A program made the translations under genes and the position numbers. A model generated the notes under the pieces. It was given only the letters and a program-made list of their open reading frames with translations, was not told where the DNA came from and searched no databases. This document shows positions 38,955 through 49,234 of a stretch of DNA of 64,000 nucleotides, one piece after another (positions within the stretch are counted from its first letter, which is position 1; the number at the start of each line of letters is the position of its first letter). Source of the stretch: a virus (lineage: Duplodnaviria > Heunggongvirae > Uroviricota > Caudoviricetes); IMG/VR virus record IMGVR_UViG_3300042901_002340; one strand, written 5' to 3'.

Positions 38955-40104
38955 CTACTACTTTAACATATATTTTTCCCGAGATTGTTTCAACCTCATA
39001 AGGAATAACAGTAACGTCGTCACCAACTCTTATGTTATTTCCCTTTCTACCAAGTTTATCCTGTGGTATTAATGCCAAAAGACCAATTTCCTGAAGCTCC
39101 ACTAAAGCCCCATTTTTTCTTTTGTGTTTAACCTTCGCTTCCATGGGTTCAACGGTTCCTTCATTTACCTGAGATTCAAGATCCTGAATAATTACATTTC
39201 TTTCCAACGGCTGATCCAGCGTAAGAGTTAATCTATTATTGTCTTTTATTTCCTTAACGTAGAATTCAATTTCTATACCAGGAGAAAGAGCTGCTAGACT
39301 ATTACCCTCTGCAAATTCGGTTTTGTGAATAAGTCCAGTGTAAACATCGTCCCACTCAACAAATACTCCAAAGTCACTAGTTCCAGTAACATATCCTCTA
39401 TACTTCTTAGTAAGATCAAGTTCCTGTATTTTGGAATCCATGATTCTATTAAGATACTTCTTATATGATACAATAAATATATCTTTAGCTTCAACATAGC
39501 CCTCTATCATAACGTGCATTTCCTTACCGATGTATGATTCGAAATCCGTTATCTTGTTTGCAGCTGCAAGTGATCCTGGCATGAAACATTTAATACCCGA
39601 TAATTCAGCAATATATCCACCCTTGTTTATACTAACAATTTTAACAAGATAAGCATTACTTTCCTTTTTAATTTGCTCGAATAACTCAACTCTAAGGCTG
39701 TGTATATAATATTCTATAATTGAACCGGAATAACTTCCGTTTATTTTTCTAACTCTTGCTTTAAGTTCTTCACCAGGATAGAAACCTATTCCCGTTATAT
39801 TCAGTTTTTCAGCATCTCTTCTTTCTCTCTTGAGATCAATATAGATTGTCTGACCTGAATTGGTCTGAGCTAAAGCCTCGTCAGCTTTAACGCTTATAAT
39901 TGTACAAGGATAAACCCCTCCATCGGTAAGATCTTTAGATCCACCATCAAATTTATCATTACTTGTAAAATAAAGTTTCGCTAGTTCCTCAGCGTAAGGT
40001 TCATGGCAATATATTTTAGATCCTGCCGGGGATTTGATTTTAGAATTGATAGATAAACCATTTGGTAAATCCCATTCGAAGTTTTCTAGTGAATCAAAAT
40101 TCAT
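38944..40104 (-). CDS. rpsA: Phage-encoded ribosomal protein bS1 homolog (about 4 S1 domains)
   Basis: KGGYIAELSGIKCFMPGSL...DFESYIGK (domain 2-like), GYVTGTSDFGVFVE...GLIHKTE (domain 3-like), plus a further C-terminal S1 repeat. Confidence 0.8.
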   Translation of the reverse strand: MNFDSLENFEWDLPNGLSINSKIKSPAGSKIYCHEPYAEELAKLYFTSNDKFDGGSKDLTDGGVYPCTIISVKADEALAQTNSGQTIYIDLKRERRDAEKLNITGIGFYPGEELKARVRKINGSYSGSIIEYYIHSLRVELFEQIKKESNAYLVKIVSINKGGYIAELSGIKCFMPGSLAAANKITDFESYIGKEMHVMIEGYVEAKDIFIVSYKKYLNRIMDSKIQELDLTKKYRGYVTGTSDFGVFVEWDDVYTGLIHKTEFAEGNSLAALSPGIEIEFYVKEIKDNNRLTLTLDQPLERNVIIQDLESQVNEGTVEPMEAKVKHKRKNGALVELQEIGLLALIPQDKLGRKGNNIRVGDDVTVIPYEVETISGKIYVKVVDVG

Positions 40105-40147
40105 TTTTTTTAAGTTTTAGATGATTATACATTACTATTAATTATAC

Positions 40148-40155
40148 TATATATC
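40148..40155 (-). promoter_or_regulatory. GATATATA putative late promoter (bS1 gene)
   Basis: About 44 nt upstream of ATG 40104. Confidence 0.55.
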
Positions 40156-40187
40156 ACATCTTTAGTTCCTTTAAATCGCGGAATTTT

Positions 40188-41999
40188 TTAATAAACCAAA
40201 GGCACGAATCCTATCATCGGTATGGGACCATTTGGTCCAGGTATACCACCACGATATATGAATTTTAATTCAAGTAAATGCATAGAAAAAGAATAAGCAA
40301 GCGCTGAAGCTATCATTTTGGCAGCAATTTGTTTTTCCGGTGGTTTAGTAAATCTTTTTCCAGTATTGAATGCTCTCTTTATATTATTACCAAGCATCGT
40401 CTGGCTACCATAATATATCGGAGTATAAAGTCCACCCTGAGGTGCGGAGATCACACAAGGCGGAGCAGCAGGTTCATTCCTCAGTGGCTGTTGAACACAC
40501 GATTTCCAATAATCAATTACACCTTTAGCCATTACATTATAACCATCCTCTGGCTTATTAGGATCCTCATTTTTTCTTGCTGCCTCAGCTATCTCGTTTA
40601 TCCAACGTATTCTAAGATTCCTGTATCTTTCCTCCTCCTGTGCATAAGCTATAATTTTTCTTGCATTACGCTGTGCTCTTATAATTCGTAGATTATAGGA
40701 GTTATTACTACTACCGAAACCATTATTAAATCCACCGATATTTGACGATCCGATGGATCCTATATTACCACCAAAAATGCTATTAAACCCACCGGAATAC
40801 GAGGGACCAGATGAATCCCTTATGGGGTTTCTAGAAAACAATCTAATAATCTCATTACCATATTGGAAATTTTCCTCAAAATCAATCTCTGCTTGATCTA
40901 TTAAGGTATCCGAGAAATTTTGTTGTCTTAACATCTCTCTGAGATATCCACTATCAGCGTTAGTGTATGTGAAATTAATTATAAAACTTGAGGTCAGATA
41001 ATCGGGAATTTTATTAGGATTACTTCGATGCTGTTCCTGAAAAATCCGATCCGTTATGCTAACGGAAGGCAAATTATCAGTTATATCCTTAATGGCAATC
41101 TTACGATTAACAGTATCTGGCATTAATTCTTTAATGAATGTCCTATTATACTGTTTACTAAAATATGAAACCATTATTTTCTGAACACCTCTGGACGTAG
41201 AAACAGAGACTACCTTACCATTTATCAAGTCGCCTTTCCAAAATCCATCACGTTCAGATCTTGATGTCCTTTTCTTATAAGTATCACTATATTCATCGGT
41301 ATTATCAACATTAATATCACCCTTAATGGACTCAAATACATCAGGAGAAAAATTGGATGTTTCCGTTTTGTTTCTATATTTAGCATAGCCTCTGACAGTG
41401 TCCCCAGGCTGAAGTGGTCTATCAACCTCAATTCTTAAAATTTTAATAACCTCGTCCATTATTAGGTTTCCCCAGTCTGAATAAGAACCTGTTCTTAATG
41501 AATACATCCACTGTAAATATGAGGATTCACCATTAAATTCATGCAATATCTTTCTTGCAATTTCAATAGTAGATTGTTTTTTATTCTTTGGAAAATTTGG
41601 ATATTGTGAAAAAAACTGTGAATAAACAAAAGGTGGTATGGTTGCCTTATTTTCCTCCGTCCAATCTCTAAAATCTAAATCGACCTGATCAGCAGCATCA
41701 GACACATCGATCGTTGGTGGCTGAACATCAAGATCCGCATATGCAGGACTTGTTTTTTTATCTTCAAAAGTTAAATCCCCACCTTCGTAAAGTATTTTAA
41801 ATCCTTTCCTAAATCCATCAAACATGATATTATCACTTCCACGAACATGTGTCTGGCCATATGGTGATGCTGCTTTACCAACAGTCGCGGAAATATATTC
41901 CATTCTAAGGAAATCTGCCATTTCCTCATATGATCCAATGGATTGGGACGTTAGTTTGTCACTAACTTTGGTTATAAATGTTCCCCAGTCTGCTGCCAT
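40188..41999 (-). CDS. Hypothetical protein, probably baseplate/tail-associated
   Basis: 603-aa ORF starting 2 nt downstream of the gp5-like gene. Confidence 0.5.
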   Translation of the reverse strand: MAADWGTFITKVSDKLTSQSIGSYEEMADFLRMEYISATVGKAASPYGQTHVRGSDNIMFDGFRKGFKILYEGGDLTFEDKKTSPAYADLDVQPPTIDVSDAADQVDLDFRDWTEENKATIPPFVYSQFFSQYPNFPKNKKQSTIEIARKILHEFNGESSYLQWMYSLRTGSYSDWGNLIMDEVIKILRIEVDRPLQPGDTVRGYAKYRNKTETSNFSPDVFESIKGDINVDNTDEYSDTYKKRTSRSERDGFWKGDLINGKVVSVSTSRGVQKIMVSYFSKQYNRTFIKELMPDTVNRKIAIKDITDNLPSVSITDRIFQEQHRSNPNKIPDYLTSSFIINFTYTNADSGYLREMLRQQNFSDTLIDQAEIDFEENFQYGNEIIRLFSRNPIRDSSGPSYSGGFNSIFGGNIGSIGSSNIGGFNNGFGSSNNSYNLRIIRAQRNARKIIAYAQEEERYRNLRIRWINEIAEAARKNEDPNKPEDGYNVMAKGVIDYWKSCVQQPLRNEPAAPPCVISAPQGGLYTPIYYGSQTMLGNNIKRAFNTGKRFTKPPEKQIAAKMIASALAYSFSMHLLELKFIYRGGIPGPNGPIPMIGFVPLVY

Positions 42000-42001
42000 T
42001 G

Positions 42002-42679
42002 TTATTTAGTTTTTGATACTTGACTTAAATGCTGCGGATCGGTCATGGGAACTATGGGGGTTCCGGATGGACCAACCCCAGTTGGATGTGTATGAGAATT
42101 GAAATAAGTTAAAAATGTGCTACCCTTAACAAGTTTTTCAACTGCCCCCTCACCGAGTTCTATATTGTTACATTTTACTATAACTTTGCTTTGTTCCATT
42201 CTTATTTCGTCCTCTCCCATTTTTACAACTATTCTAAGCTCTCCACCATTCTGAGTATCTAATTGAACCTTAGCGTCTCCGAGTGATATAACAAGACCTT
42301 TTTTTCTTGTGTATATTATTTTAAGTGCTCCTGGTAGTGCCTCGCCATCATAAACAAGGGATTGAGTACCCTCATAAGAATTTTCCTCCTGAAGCTCAGC
42401 AAGAATATCCTGTGATTGTTCCTTTATATACTCATATGTTATTTTATAGTAATTTTCACCTTCAAAATGTACAGATACAACTGCACCCAATCTAGGAACC
42501 GTTATATTACCACCACCATAGTTTGCACCAAAAGATAAACCTGGCATCTGCTCAGCCCATGGTATATTCTCAACTGGTATATCATCAAAAATCCCAAATA
42601 CAGAAACTTTAGCTCTCCCCTTCTTAAGAGGATCGTTAATATCTACTATCCTTCCAAGGTAGGTTTTTTCACTAGCCAT
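42002..42679 (-). CDS. Baseplate central spike (gp5/gpV-like): OB-fold plus short beta-helix with HxH tip
   Basis: G.IVDINDPLKKGRAKVSV.G...IPWA and VPRLGAVVSVHF OB-fold motifs; C-terminal FNSHTH. Confidence 0.85.
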   Translation of the reverse strand: MASEKTYLGRIVDINDPLKKGRAKVSVFGIFDDIPVENIPWAEQMPGLSFGANYGGGNITVPRLGAVVSVHFEGENYYKITYEYIKEQSQDILAELQEENSYEGTQSLVYDGEALPGALKIIYTRKKGLVISLGDAKVQLDTQNGGELRIVVKMGEDEIRMEQSKVIVKCNNIELGEGAVEKLVKGSTFLTYFNSHTHPTGVGPSGTPIVPMTDPQHLSQVSKTK

Positions 42680-42681
42680 AA

Positions 42682-45201
42682 TTATACAAAGTCATTTTTA
42701 TCAGAATTAAGTCCATCGGTACTTATATTATATTTAGTATTAGGTTTTAGGTTTCCAAGATTTTTAGGTTTTTCTATTGCAAAATCTCCACTGGTGGATG
42801 GATAAACTTTATCAAGATCACCTCTAGATATAGTATTTGTATTAATCGGAGGTGCTGAATATATGCTTCCTGGTGGTTGCTGAAAATTATTATTCGTGTT
42901 TATTAATTGTCCACTATTGGAAACCACGCCCTGATTTGGGTAGACGTTTTCATTAACCCCACCGTATGCTCTATTAGGAAGTCCAAGATCATTCCCAGGG
43001 ACTCCAGAATATTCATCACCAGAGGGGTCAGGATATATTCTACCCGGTGCTCCGAGATCATTTCCGGGGACTCCAGAATATTCATCACCAGAGGGGTCAG
43101 GATATATTCTAGCAGGAGTTCCAAGATCAGGTCCTGGCGAGGTTGGGTATTCGTCACCACCCGGTGCTGGATAAATTCTATTAGGAACTCCTAAATCTGG
43201 TCCTGGCGAGGTTGGATATACATCACCAGTGGTTGGAGGATAAACCCTGTCTGGAGCTCCAAGATCTGGGCCTGGAGAGGTTGGATACACATCACCAGTG
43301 GTTGGAGGATAAACCCTGTCTGGAGCTCCAAGATCTGGGCCTGGAGAGGTTGGATACACATCACCAGTGGTTGGAGGATAAACCCTGTCTGGAGCTCCAA
43401 GATCTGGCCCAGGAGAAGTTGGGTATTCGTCACCACCTGGTGCTGGATAAATTCTATTAGGAACTCCTAAATCTGGCCCAGGAGAAGTTGGGTATTCGTC
43501 ACCACTTGGTGCTGGATAAACCCTGCCGGGAGCTCCAAGATCCGGACCTGGCGAGGTTGGATAAGCATCACCAGAAGGTGCATTATAAATTCTATTTGGT
43601 AAACCAAGGTCACCACCAGGAGATGTTGGATAAGCATCACCAGAAGGTGCATTATAAATTCTCTGTGGCAAACCAAGGTCACCACCAGGAGATGTTGGAT
43701 AAGCATCACCAGAAGGTGCATTATAAACCCTATTTGGTGGACCACCGAGACCCATAGATTGCGGATTTGGTAACTCAGTTTTCGTTATTCCTATATTTGC
43801 ACCGCCTAGTTGTGACAGAAAATCTTGTGCAGTATTAAAAGATAGGTTAGATAAAAGCTCACTTGGATTGAAGCTGTATGCGTTACCAAGAACTGCTTTA
43901 TCTAGACCCTGAAGATTCTTTGCAAAATTTGCAACTCCCTCATTTATAAGGTCATTTAGTGAATTACTAACGAAATTTGTTAGTAACTCACCACCTAAAC
44001 TTAGTATGTCGTTGCTATTATCCGCTGGATTTGCCTGAACTGACGATCTAGCAGCATCCCAACTATCACCAAGGATTAAAGGTTTTCCATCCAATCTTAT
44101 ATTTGGGTATTGGTTTCTCATTCTAACCCTACCTACATGTATCTTGAATTTTTGTGACTCTGGAGTTGCACTTCCCGAAGCAGTACCTGCATAAAGTTCA
44201 CTTTGTATAGGAGTACTTTCCGTAAAATCAAATTCGCAATTTTTACATTCAAAAACAAGCATAGGTTTTATTCCTGACTGATCCTGCTGATTTTTTAGAA
44301 GTGAGAAATCATTATCAAGTCCAGCCTGATTAAATATATTACCGACAAAAGAATTAAAAGAACTTGCTGGATTAATGCTACTCGAACTTCCATTACTAAA
44401 ATTACCATTTTGTTGGTCTGCAACATTAGTAGCAGCAGCTATGCTACTCCCAGGATTATTTCCGGAGCCCAAAAGAGAAGAAAGATCATCAATAGCGGTT
44501 AAAGCTGCGGACGATCCAATAAGTCTAGAGGTCTTAAAAAAGTTTCTTATCTCAGAAACGAATATGTACATCGTAAATTTTCTAAGATTTCTAGGAACTA
44601 ATTCTCTCATGTAATCATAGTCAAATGTTGCTTGATTATAAAGATCCGCAAGAGCGGTAACCCTAAGGTTCATGGATTCAAGAGTATTAAACGTTAATGT
44701 CTTCCCAGCGGTTCTCTGTGAACTGAAAGTTGAACTTGCTTCCGTTTGTGTTTGATATCCACCTCTTGGTACCTTCATAAGATCATCCAGTCCACCTATA
44801 GATTGAATAAACCAGGGTGAATTTGTTAGTAAATCATTGAAAGTAATTCTAAATTGTCTAAGCATATCCGCTCTTTTCTTACCGTATGGAAAATCAAATT
44901 CTCTCTCCTCCAAATAACGGGAAGCACTATAATAACTAACTGCTCTTTGAGTTCTGAACTCATACTGGGGTTGTCCAAAAGGATTGCTCGCGAAAAAGTC
45001 ATTCCCAGCACCTATTTCATAATTGGTGTCTCTGAAAAGTGGACTTGGTGGTAATCCATCCTCCGGGTTGATAGGAAGTGTACCAAAATCTATAACGATT
45101 TTAAATCCAAGATATGTTGGATCCTCGTATTGACCCTGTTTGGAAAGCTTAAATCCTTTTAGAAATAAACTTCTTTGTTTGTCTGTTGCTCCTAATGACA
45201 T
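42682..45201 (-). CDS. Tail/baseplate-hub-region protein with C-terminal 23-aa Pro/Gly-rich tandem repeats
   Basis: 839 aa, between the hub-like and spike genes. Globular N-terminus (EDPTYLGF, PWFIQSIGGL) followed by a repeat array. Confidence 0.6.
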   Translation of the reverse strand: MSLGATDKQRSLFLKGFKLSKQGQYEDPTYLGFKIVIDFGTLPINPEDGLPPSPLFRDTNYEIGAGNDFFASNPFGQPQYEFRTQRAVSYYSASRYLEEREFDFPYGKKRADMLRQFRITFNDLLTNSPWFIQSIGGLDDLMKVPRGGYQTQTEASSTFSSQRTAGKTLTFNTLESMNLRVTALADLYNQATFDYDYMRELVPRNLRKFTMYIFVSEIRNFFKTSRLIGSSAALTAIDDLSSLLGSGNNPGSSIAAATNVADQQNGNFSNGSSSSINPASSFNSFVGNIFNQAGLDNDFSLLKNQQDQSGIKPMLVFECKNCEFDFTESTPIQSELYAGTASGSATPESQKFKIHVGRVRMRNQYPNIRLDGKPLILGDSWDAARSSVQANPADNSNDILSLGGELLTNFVSNSLNDLINEGVANFAKNLQGLDKAVLGNAYSFNPSELLSNLSFNTAQDFLSQLGGANIGITKTELPNPQSMGLGGPPNRVYNAPSGDAYPTSPGGDLGLPQRIYNAPSGDAYPTSPGGDLGLPNRIYNAPSGDAYPTSPGPDLGAPGRVYPAPSGDEYPTSPGPDLGVPNRIYPAPGGDEYPTSPGPDLGAPDRVYPPTTGDVYPTSPGPDLGAPDRVYPPTTGDVYPTSPGPDLGAPDRVYPPTTGDVYPTSPGPDLGVPNRIYPAPGGDEYPTSPGPDLGTPARIYPDPSGDEYSGVPGNDLGAPGRIYPDPSGDEYSGVPGNDLGLPNRAYGGVNENVYPNQGVVSNSGQLINTNNNFQQPPGSIYSAPPINTNTISRGDLDKVYPSTSGDFAIEKPKNLGNLKPNTKYNISTDGLNSDKNDFV
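42955..43752 (-). repeat. 69-bp tandem repeat, about 11.5 copies (GD[AEV]YPTSPGPDLG.P.R[IV]YP.P.)
   Basis: Eleven full 23-aa units plus a partial unit. The three PDRVYPPTT units are nearly identical at DNA level. Confidence 0.95.
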
Positions 45202-45210
45202 TCTGTTATT

Positions 45211-46749
45211 TTATTTTTTTATTACACTATTGGGGAAAGCCTTAGGTGCTGCACCAGAAGAATTAGCCTGCCATGTTCTTTTAGATAATATAAGTTTTTC
45301 TCTCATTCCACCCGTACGAGTCCAATAAACATCCATACCCATAACTACATAGTTTCCAGAAAGAAATGAATCAAGGGTTGGTTGCAAATCTGTATTTGCT
45401 TTATTATTTGGTGATTGCCCAGCATTTTGCTGACGATTTCCACCTTTACTGATGTATATTGCAACAGGTATAACCTGACCTCTTATTATTCCCGGATAAT
45501 ATGTTGATAGCTCAACCTCCAGTGTTAATTTAGTTACGTCATTAATATTTATAAGATTCTGATATTTGGCATGCAGATAATTCTGGTGAACCCCTGATCC
45601 GTCCGAGAATCTATTAAGTACACCAAGCCATTCAGTTCTTGTTTCATCCTTATACTCATCACTTCTAACTCTACCCTTCTGTAGCATCGTCCCAGTCGAT
45701 ACATTATCTGTTGTTATAGATTCAATATCATATTTGACGTACTTTTCAGAAGGATTTTCTGGATTATCCACATCATCATAAAATCCTATATTAGTTATGT
45801 AACCCATTTGATTAGAATTGTTACCTGCTCTAGAAGTTAATGTATAACCATTTATGAAGAAAGGAGTTACTTGAGATCCAGCAAAATTAGTTAGAATCAG
45901 CGGAACTGATGTTGTTTCTGGAGTAGATGTTCCAGGAATAGTATCAACCTTGGGACTTTTTGGTGTATAGCCAGGAACAAAATATCCAACCTCCTTAGAT
46001 TGTCCTTCAAATGCAAACTGACTACCCAAATTTACAAAATTAAGATTGTAGTATGAATCTATCCAACAATCATAAAAGCTTGTCTCGTCGTCTTTATATG
46101 CTCTCAACGAAATCTCCTGTATAAAGTCATAATACGAATAGTTTGGACATATCCAAGACATTAGATCGTTTGTTGAATTATCGTTCGTAGAAAAGCCTAA
46201 ATTGATGTCCTGCGAAACTTCTAACAATGTATCAACCGAAGTCATACTTGAAAATGCCTTTATTCTTTGTTTATACAATCCAGGTATATAGCATTCCGCT
46301 ATAACGGTAAACTTAAAATATTCACCCTCAGGATCAGATCCCTCCTTAGAATAGTAACTTGATACATCACCTACAACACTGAGAATAAGAAAATCCATTC
46401 TAAATGGCTTATAGTAATTATCCGCAGATCTTATATAAACAGAAACTATATCACCATCCTTTGGGTAATTCACTGACATAAATATAGTATCAGCAGCAGC
46501 AAAGGTAAACCTGATAACAGGAATAAACCCAGAAAGATCCAAACTAAAATTACTCATAAATCTGGAAACATTATATCCGTTTATGGAGACATACGGGGAA
46601 ATAAGACCAGTAGATTTCTCCTCGGATGCATTGGTTTCCCTTTGTACGGTTTCATCATTAGAACCCTCCGCATTATCAACCTTAATTAATTCATCAAGTT
46701 TGATATTATTGAGTGCTATTGAATTTATTTTTATATCATTAGCTGTCAT
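45211..46749 (-). CDS. Baseplate hub protein, gp27/gpD-like (tentative)
   Basis: 512 aa, between the gp53-like and spike genes. W.CPN..Y..FI, WIDSYYNLNFVN and LSGNYVV.G motifs resemble hub proteins. Confidence 0.55.
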   Translation of the reverse strand: MTANDIKINSIALNNIKLDELIKVDNAEGSNDETVQRETNASEEKSTGLISPYVSINGYNVSRFMSNFSLDLSGFIPVIRFTFAAADTIFMSVNYPKDGDIVSVYIRSADNYYKPFRMDFLILSVVGDVSSYYSKEGSDPEGEYFKFTVIAECYIPGLYKQRIKAFSSMTSVDTLLEVSQDINLGFSTNDNSTNDLMSWICPNYSYYDFIQEISLRAYKDDETSFYDCWIDSYYNLNFVNLGSQFAFEGQSKEVGYFVPGYTPKSPKVDTIPGTSTPETTSVPLILTNFAGSQVTPFFINGYTLTSRAGNNSNQMGYITNIGFYDDVDNPENPSEKYVKYDIESITTDNVSTGTMLQKGRVRSDEYKDETRTEWLGVLNRFSDGSGVHQNYLHAKYQNLININDVTKLTLEVELSTYYPGIIRGQVIPVAIYISKGGNRQQNAGQSPNNKANTDLQPTLDSFLSGNYVVMGMDVYWTRTGGMREKLILSKRTWQANSSGAAPKAFPNSVIKK

Positions 46750-46751
46750 CC

Positions 46752-47345
46752 TTAATTGGTAGGTTTATTAAATCCTCCACCCCCTGCACTAGGAGCAAAT
46801 ATAAGATATCCGTTCTCCTTCAATATTGTTTTATCTTCCGGTTGAAGTACGTTGGGAGGAAGAACGATATTAGGTTGGTTCTTAATTTTTTGTTCAAGAA
46901 ATTTTCTTCTAGAATCGCTAACCTTAAATTTCTTACTTTCCTGATTTTTCTTAAATTGTGTGTTGGTGTTAGTGTTTGTATTGTTACTAGAAAGAGCCTG
47001 TGCTTGACTTAATTTTTTTCTGGTGGAAAAAGAATCTTCGATCGATCTAGAATTTGGTATTAAAAGAACATTTCCTTCCATTATAGAAAATGGATTACTT
47101 ATCCTATTAAACTTTAAGAGAGATCCAACCATTCCCTGATCGCCATATTTTATAGCAGCAATAATATCAGGTCTCATCTGATAATATTCAGTAACAACAA
47201 AGAAATCATCAAGACTCATCCCGCTTGCGTAATTAACAGAAGATTGGGTAAGATTCCATATTCCAAATCCATTAGAATTTTCAGATGGGTTTGGATTGAA
47301 TATCGTTTTATTTCTCGATAATGTATCTATAAGAAAACTAGACAT
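46752..47345 (-). CDS. Baseplate wedge protein, gp53/LysM-like
   Basis: RPDIIAAIKYG......LLKFNRISNPFSI.EG.VLLIP motif. Confidence 0.75.
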   Translation of the reverse strand: MSSFLIDTLSRNKTIFNPNPSENSNGFGIWNLTQSSVNYASGMSLDDFFVVTEYYQMRPDIIAAIKYGDQGMVGSLLKFNRISNPFSIMEGNVLLIPNSRSIEDSFSTRKKLSQAQALSSNNTNTNTNTQFKKNQESKKFKVSDSRRKFLEQKIKNQPNIVLPPNVLQPEDKTILKENGYLIFAPSAGGGGFNKPTN

Positions 47346-47361
47346 TTTAAATTATTTATTT

Positions 47362-49218
47362 TTATCCACCAGGGGATGCCTGGTTATTTGCAGAAGTTCC
47401 ATACGACTCCTGGTTAAAATATGAATTAACAGCATTTTTAAGATTCTTACCATCGACTGTTGCAATCGCATCATAGGATTGAGCATTGGATGTTGTCGGC
47501 ATAGAAGATTGATACAATCTACCATCACCTCTATTGAAGATGCTTTCTATCTCCCCTCTTTCTCTATCTCTTCCGTGTTTTAATGTGAAAACAGCCTTGA
47601 TCGAGGTCGGAAAATCATCAGGTCCTAATGCTTCACCAAAATCTATTTTAACACCCTCGCATATAAGATTCCCTATCATTGCTATGGGATTGCATGGATT
47701 ACCGACAACAAGATGCCATTCTCCTATTGGTGCTCCCGTTAGAAGACTCGCAGGAAACTGATAGTTCTCAAATAATGTAGGAGTTAAAGTTAATTGTAGT
47801 AATCTATCAGCAGCATCACCAAATTCTTTTTTTAAAGAATCAACTATGGCTGATGGACTAGCTCCACTTTTAGTTAACATTTCCATAGAATTTCTGAGTT
47901 TATCGGTATCGCCCGTATCAAAACTACCCCTATTCATATCAGAAGCTGCTGATTTTGAACTCTCAGCTGGATTAGCTAATTTTGTACCAAATTCTGTTAA
48001 AAATTTAAGAGGTTCTTTGAAAAACATTTCATAACCTCTATTACCACCAGGAAAACCAAAAGCTGGAAAGTTTGCATTATATCTAAAATCTGGAGTTAGA
48101 AAGGATCCATAATTTGTGCCTATACTTAATAAATTACCCATTATATCAAGCATCGAAGCTTTAGTATTTACCTCACCAACCGATGTTAGATCGTACTCAA
48201 ACGTTACTGATATAGAACCAGCATTACCCCAGGTGAACGGCAATCCCACACCTCTAATGTGAGTAGTGTTAACAACATCAACAGAGGTCCAGATATATTC
48301 ACTGAAAAGACCAGCGCCTTTCATACTTGGATCCTTCATCATGTCCCTGAATTTCATGTATTTTGTATTTTCTATGCTCGTATTATTTGGATCCGATGCT
48401 ATTGCTACAGCCTCTAGTATTGCTTTAGTATTCTTAATTGCATCAGTATCACCAAGTCCACTGAAAACATCACCAAATATATTTGATGCGTCCTGGATAA
48501 AACCCTGAGTCATAGATTGCTGATTCAAGACAGACTCCTGTTCCTTGGTGTTCCATTTTATACCAGCACTAAATGATAAGATGTCATTAAGTTTGTTACC
48601 GGTATTACCACCAAACCAGGTCACGGCTTGAGCGACCGGTCTTCCCGCACCCTCGACATTGAACGAACCACTACTTTTAATCGCTCCCGGCACGGAAAGA
48701 TTGTCAAGCGTGGGAGTAGGAAATCTCCTCAGAGTTATCATATAATTGTTTGGTATGGTTGCATAATATTTACAGAAAAGAAAATCTTTCCAGTAATATG
48801 GTGCTGCAAGTCCACCTATTATACTTTTCTCGAAGTTAGAAGTGAATCCATTTAATATGCTGTCACAGTTAGCAGATATAGCCTCAAGAGCAAAGGTTTC
48901 TCTAACTAGATGTCCAGCCGATGGATTTTTAGATTTTCTTGATGATATTGATCTGTTATATTCCCTATTTTCAGATCTGTAATAGGCATCTATAAAATTA
49001 TTTTCATGATTACCTAGAGAGTAGAATAAAAACTGACCATATTTACCAGGTCTTCTTTTACCAGCTTCATAAAAAAGAGTTCTCGCGGTTGGACCTTTGA
49101 AGACGTTACCCGAACCTATATTACTCCATCTCTGTACTAGGTCATTTACTACTCCCTTACCTCTTAATTCCTCAAGGGCAGGAGCGCTAGTTCCAGTATT
49201 TATTATAGAATTTATCAT
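47362..49218 (-). CDS. Putative tail-tube initiator/baseplate protein (gp48/gp54-type position)
   Basis: 618 aa, immediately upstream of the gp53-like gene. C-terminal GNP.NPI..IGNLIC..V.I.F...LGPDDFP beta-rich segment. Confidence 0.45.
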   Translation of the reverse strand: MINSIINTGTSAPALEELRGKGVVNDLVQRWSNIGSGNVFKGPTARTLFYEAGKRRPGKYGQFLFYSLGNHENNFIDAYYRSENREYNRSISSRKSKNPSAGHLVRETFALEAISANCDSILNGFTSNFEKSIIGGLAAPYYWKDFLFCKYYATIPNNYMITLRRFPTPTLDNLSVPGAIKSSGSFNVEGAGRPVAQAVTWFGGNTGNKLNDILSFSAGIKWNTKEQESVLNQQSMTQGFIQDASNIFGDVFSGLGDTDAIKNTKAILEAVAIASDPNNTSIENTKYMKFRDMMKDPSMKGAGLFSEYIWTSVDVVNTTHIRGVGLPFTWGNAGSISVTFEYDLTSVGEVNTKASMLDIMGNLLSIGTNYGSFLTPDFRYNANFPAFGFPGGNRGYEMFFKEPLKFLTEFGTKLANPAESSKSAASDMNRGSFDTGDTDKLRNSMEMLTKSGASPSAIVDSLKKEFGDAADRLLQLTLTPTLFENYQFPASLLTGAPIGEWHLVVGNPCNPIAMIGNLICEGVKIDFGEALGPDDFPTSIKAVFTLKHGRDRERGEIESIFNRGDGRLYQSSMPTTSNAQSYDAIATVDGKNLKNAVNSYFNQESYGTSANNQASPGG

Positions 49219-49234
49219 ATGTCACTAATCTTTT

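Noticed and set aside
42955-43752. Regularly spaced DNA repeats suggesting a CRISPR array
   Set aside because: The units are contiguous 69-bp in-frame coding repeats without unique spacers, and no cas genes are present.
42903-43757. Short repetitive ORFs in alternative frames and on the opposite strand
   Set aside because: They are shadows of the 23-aa repeat in the 839-aa gene.
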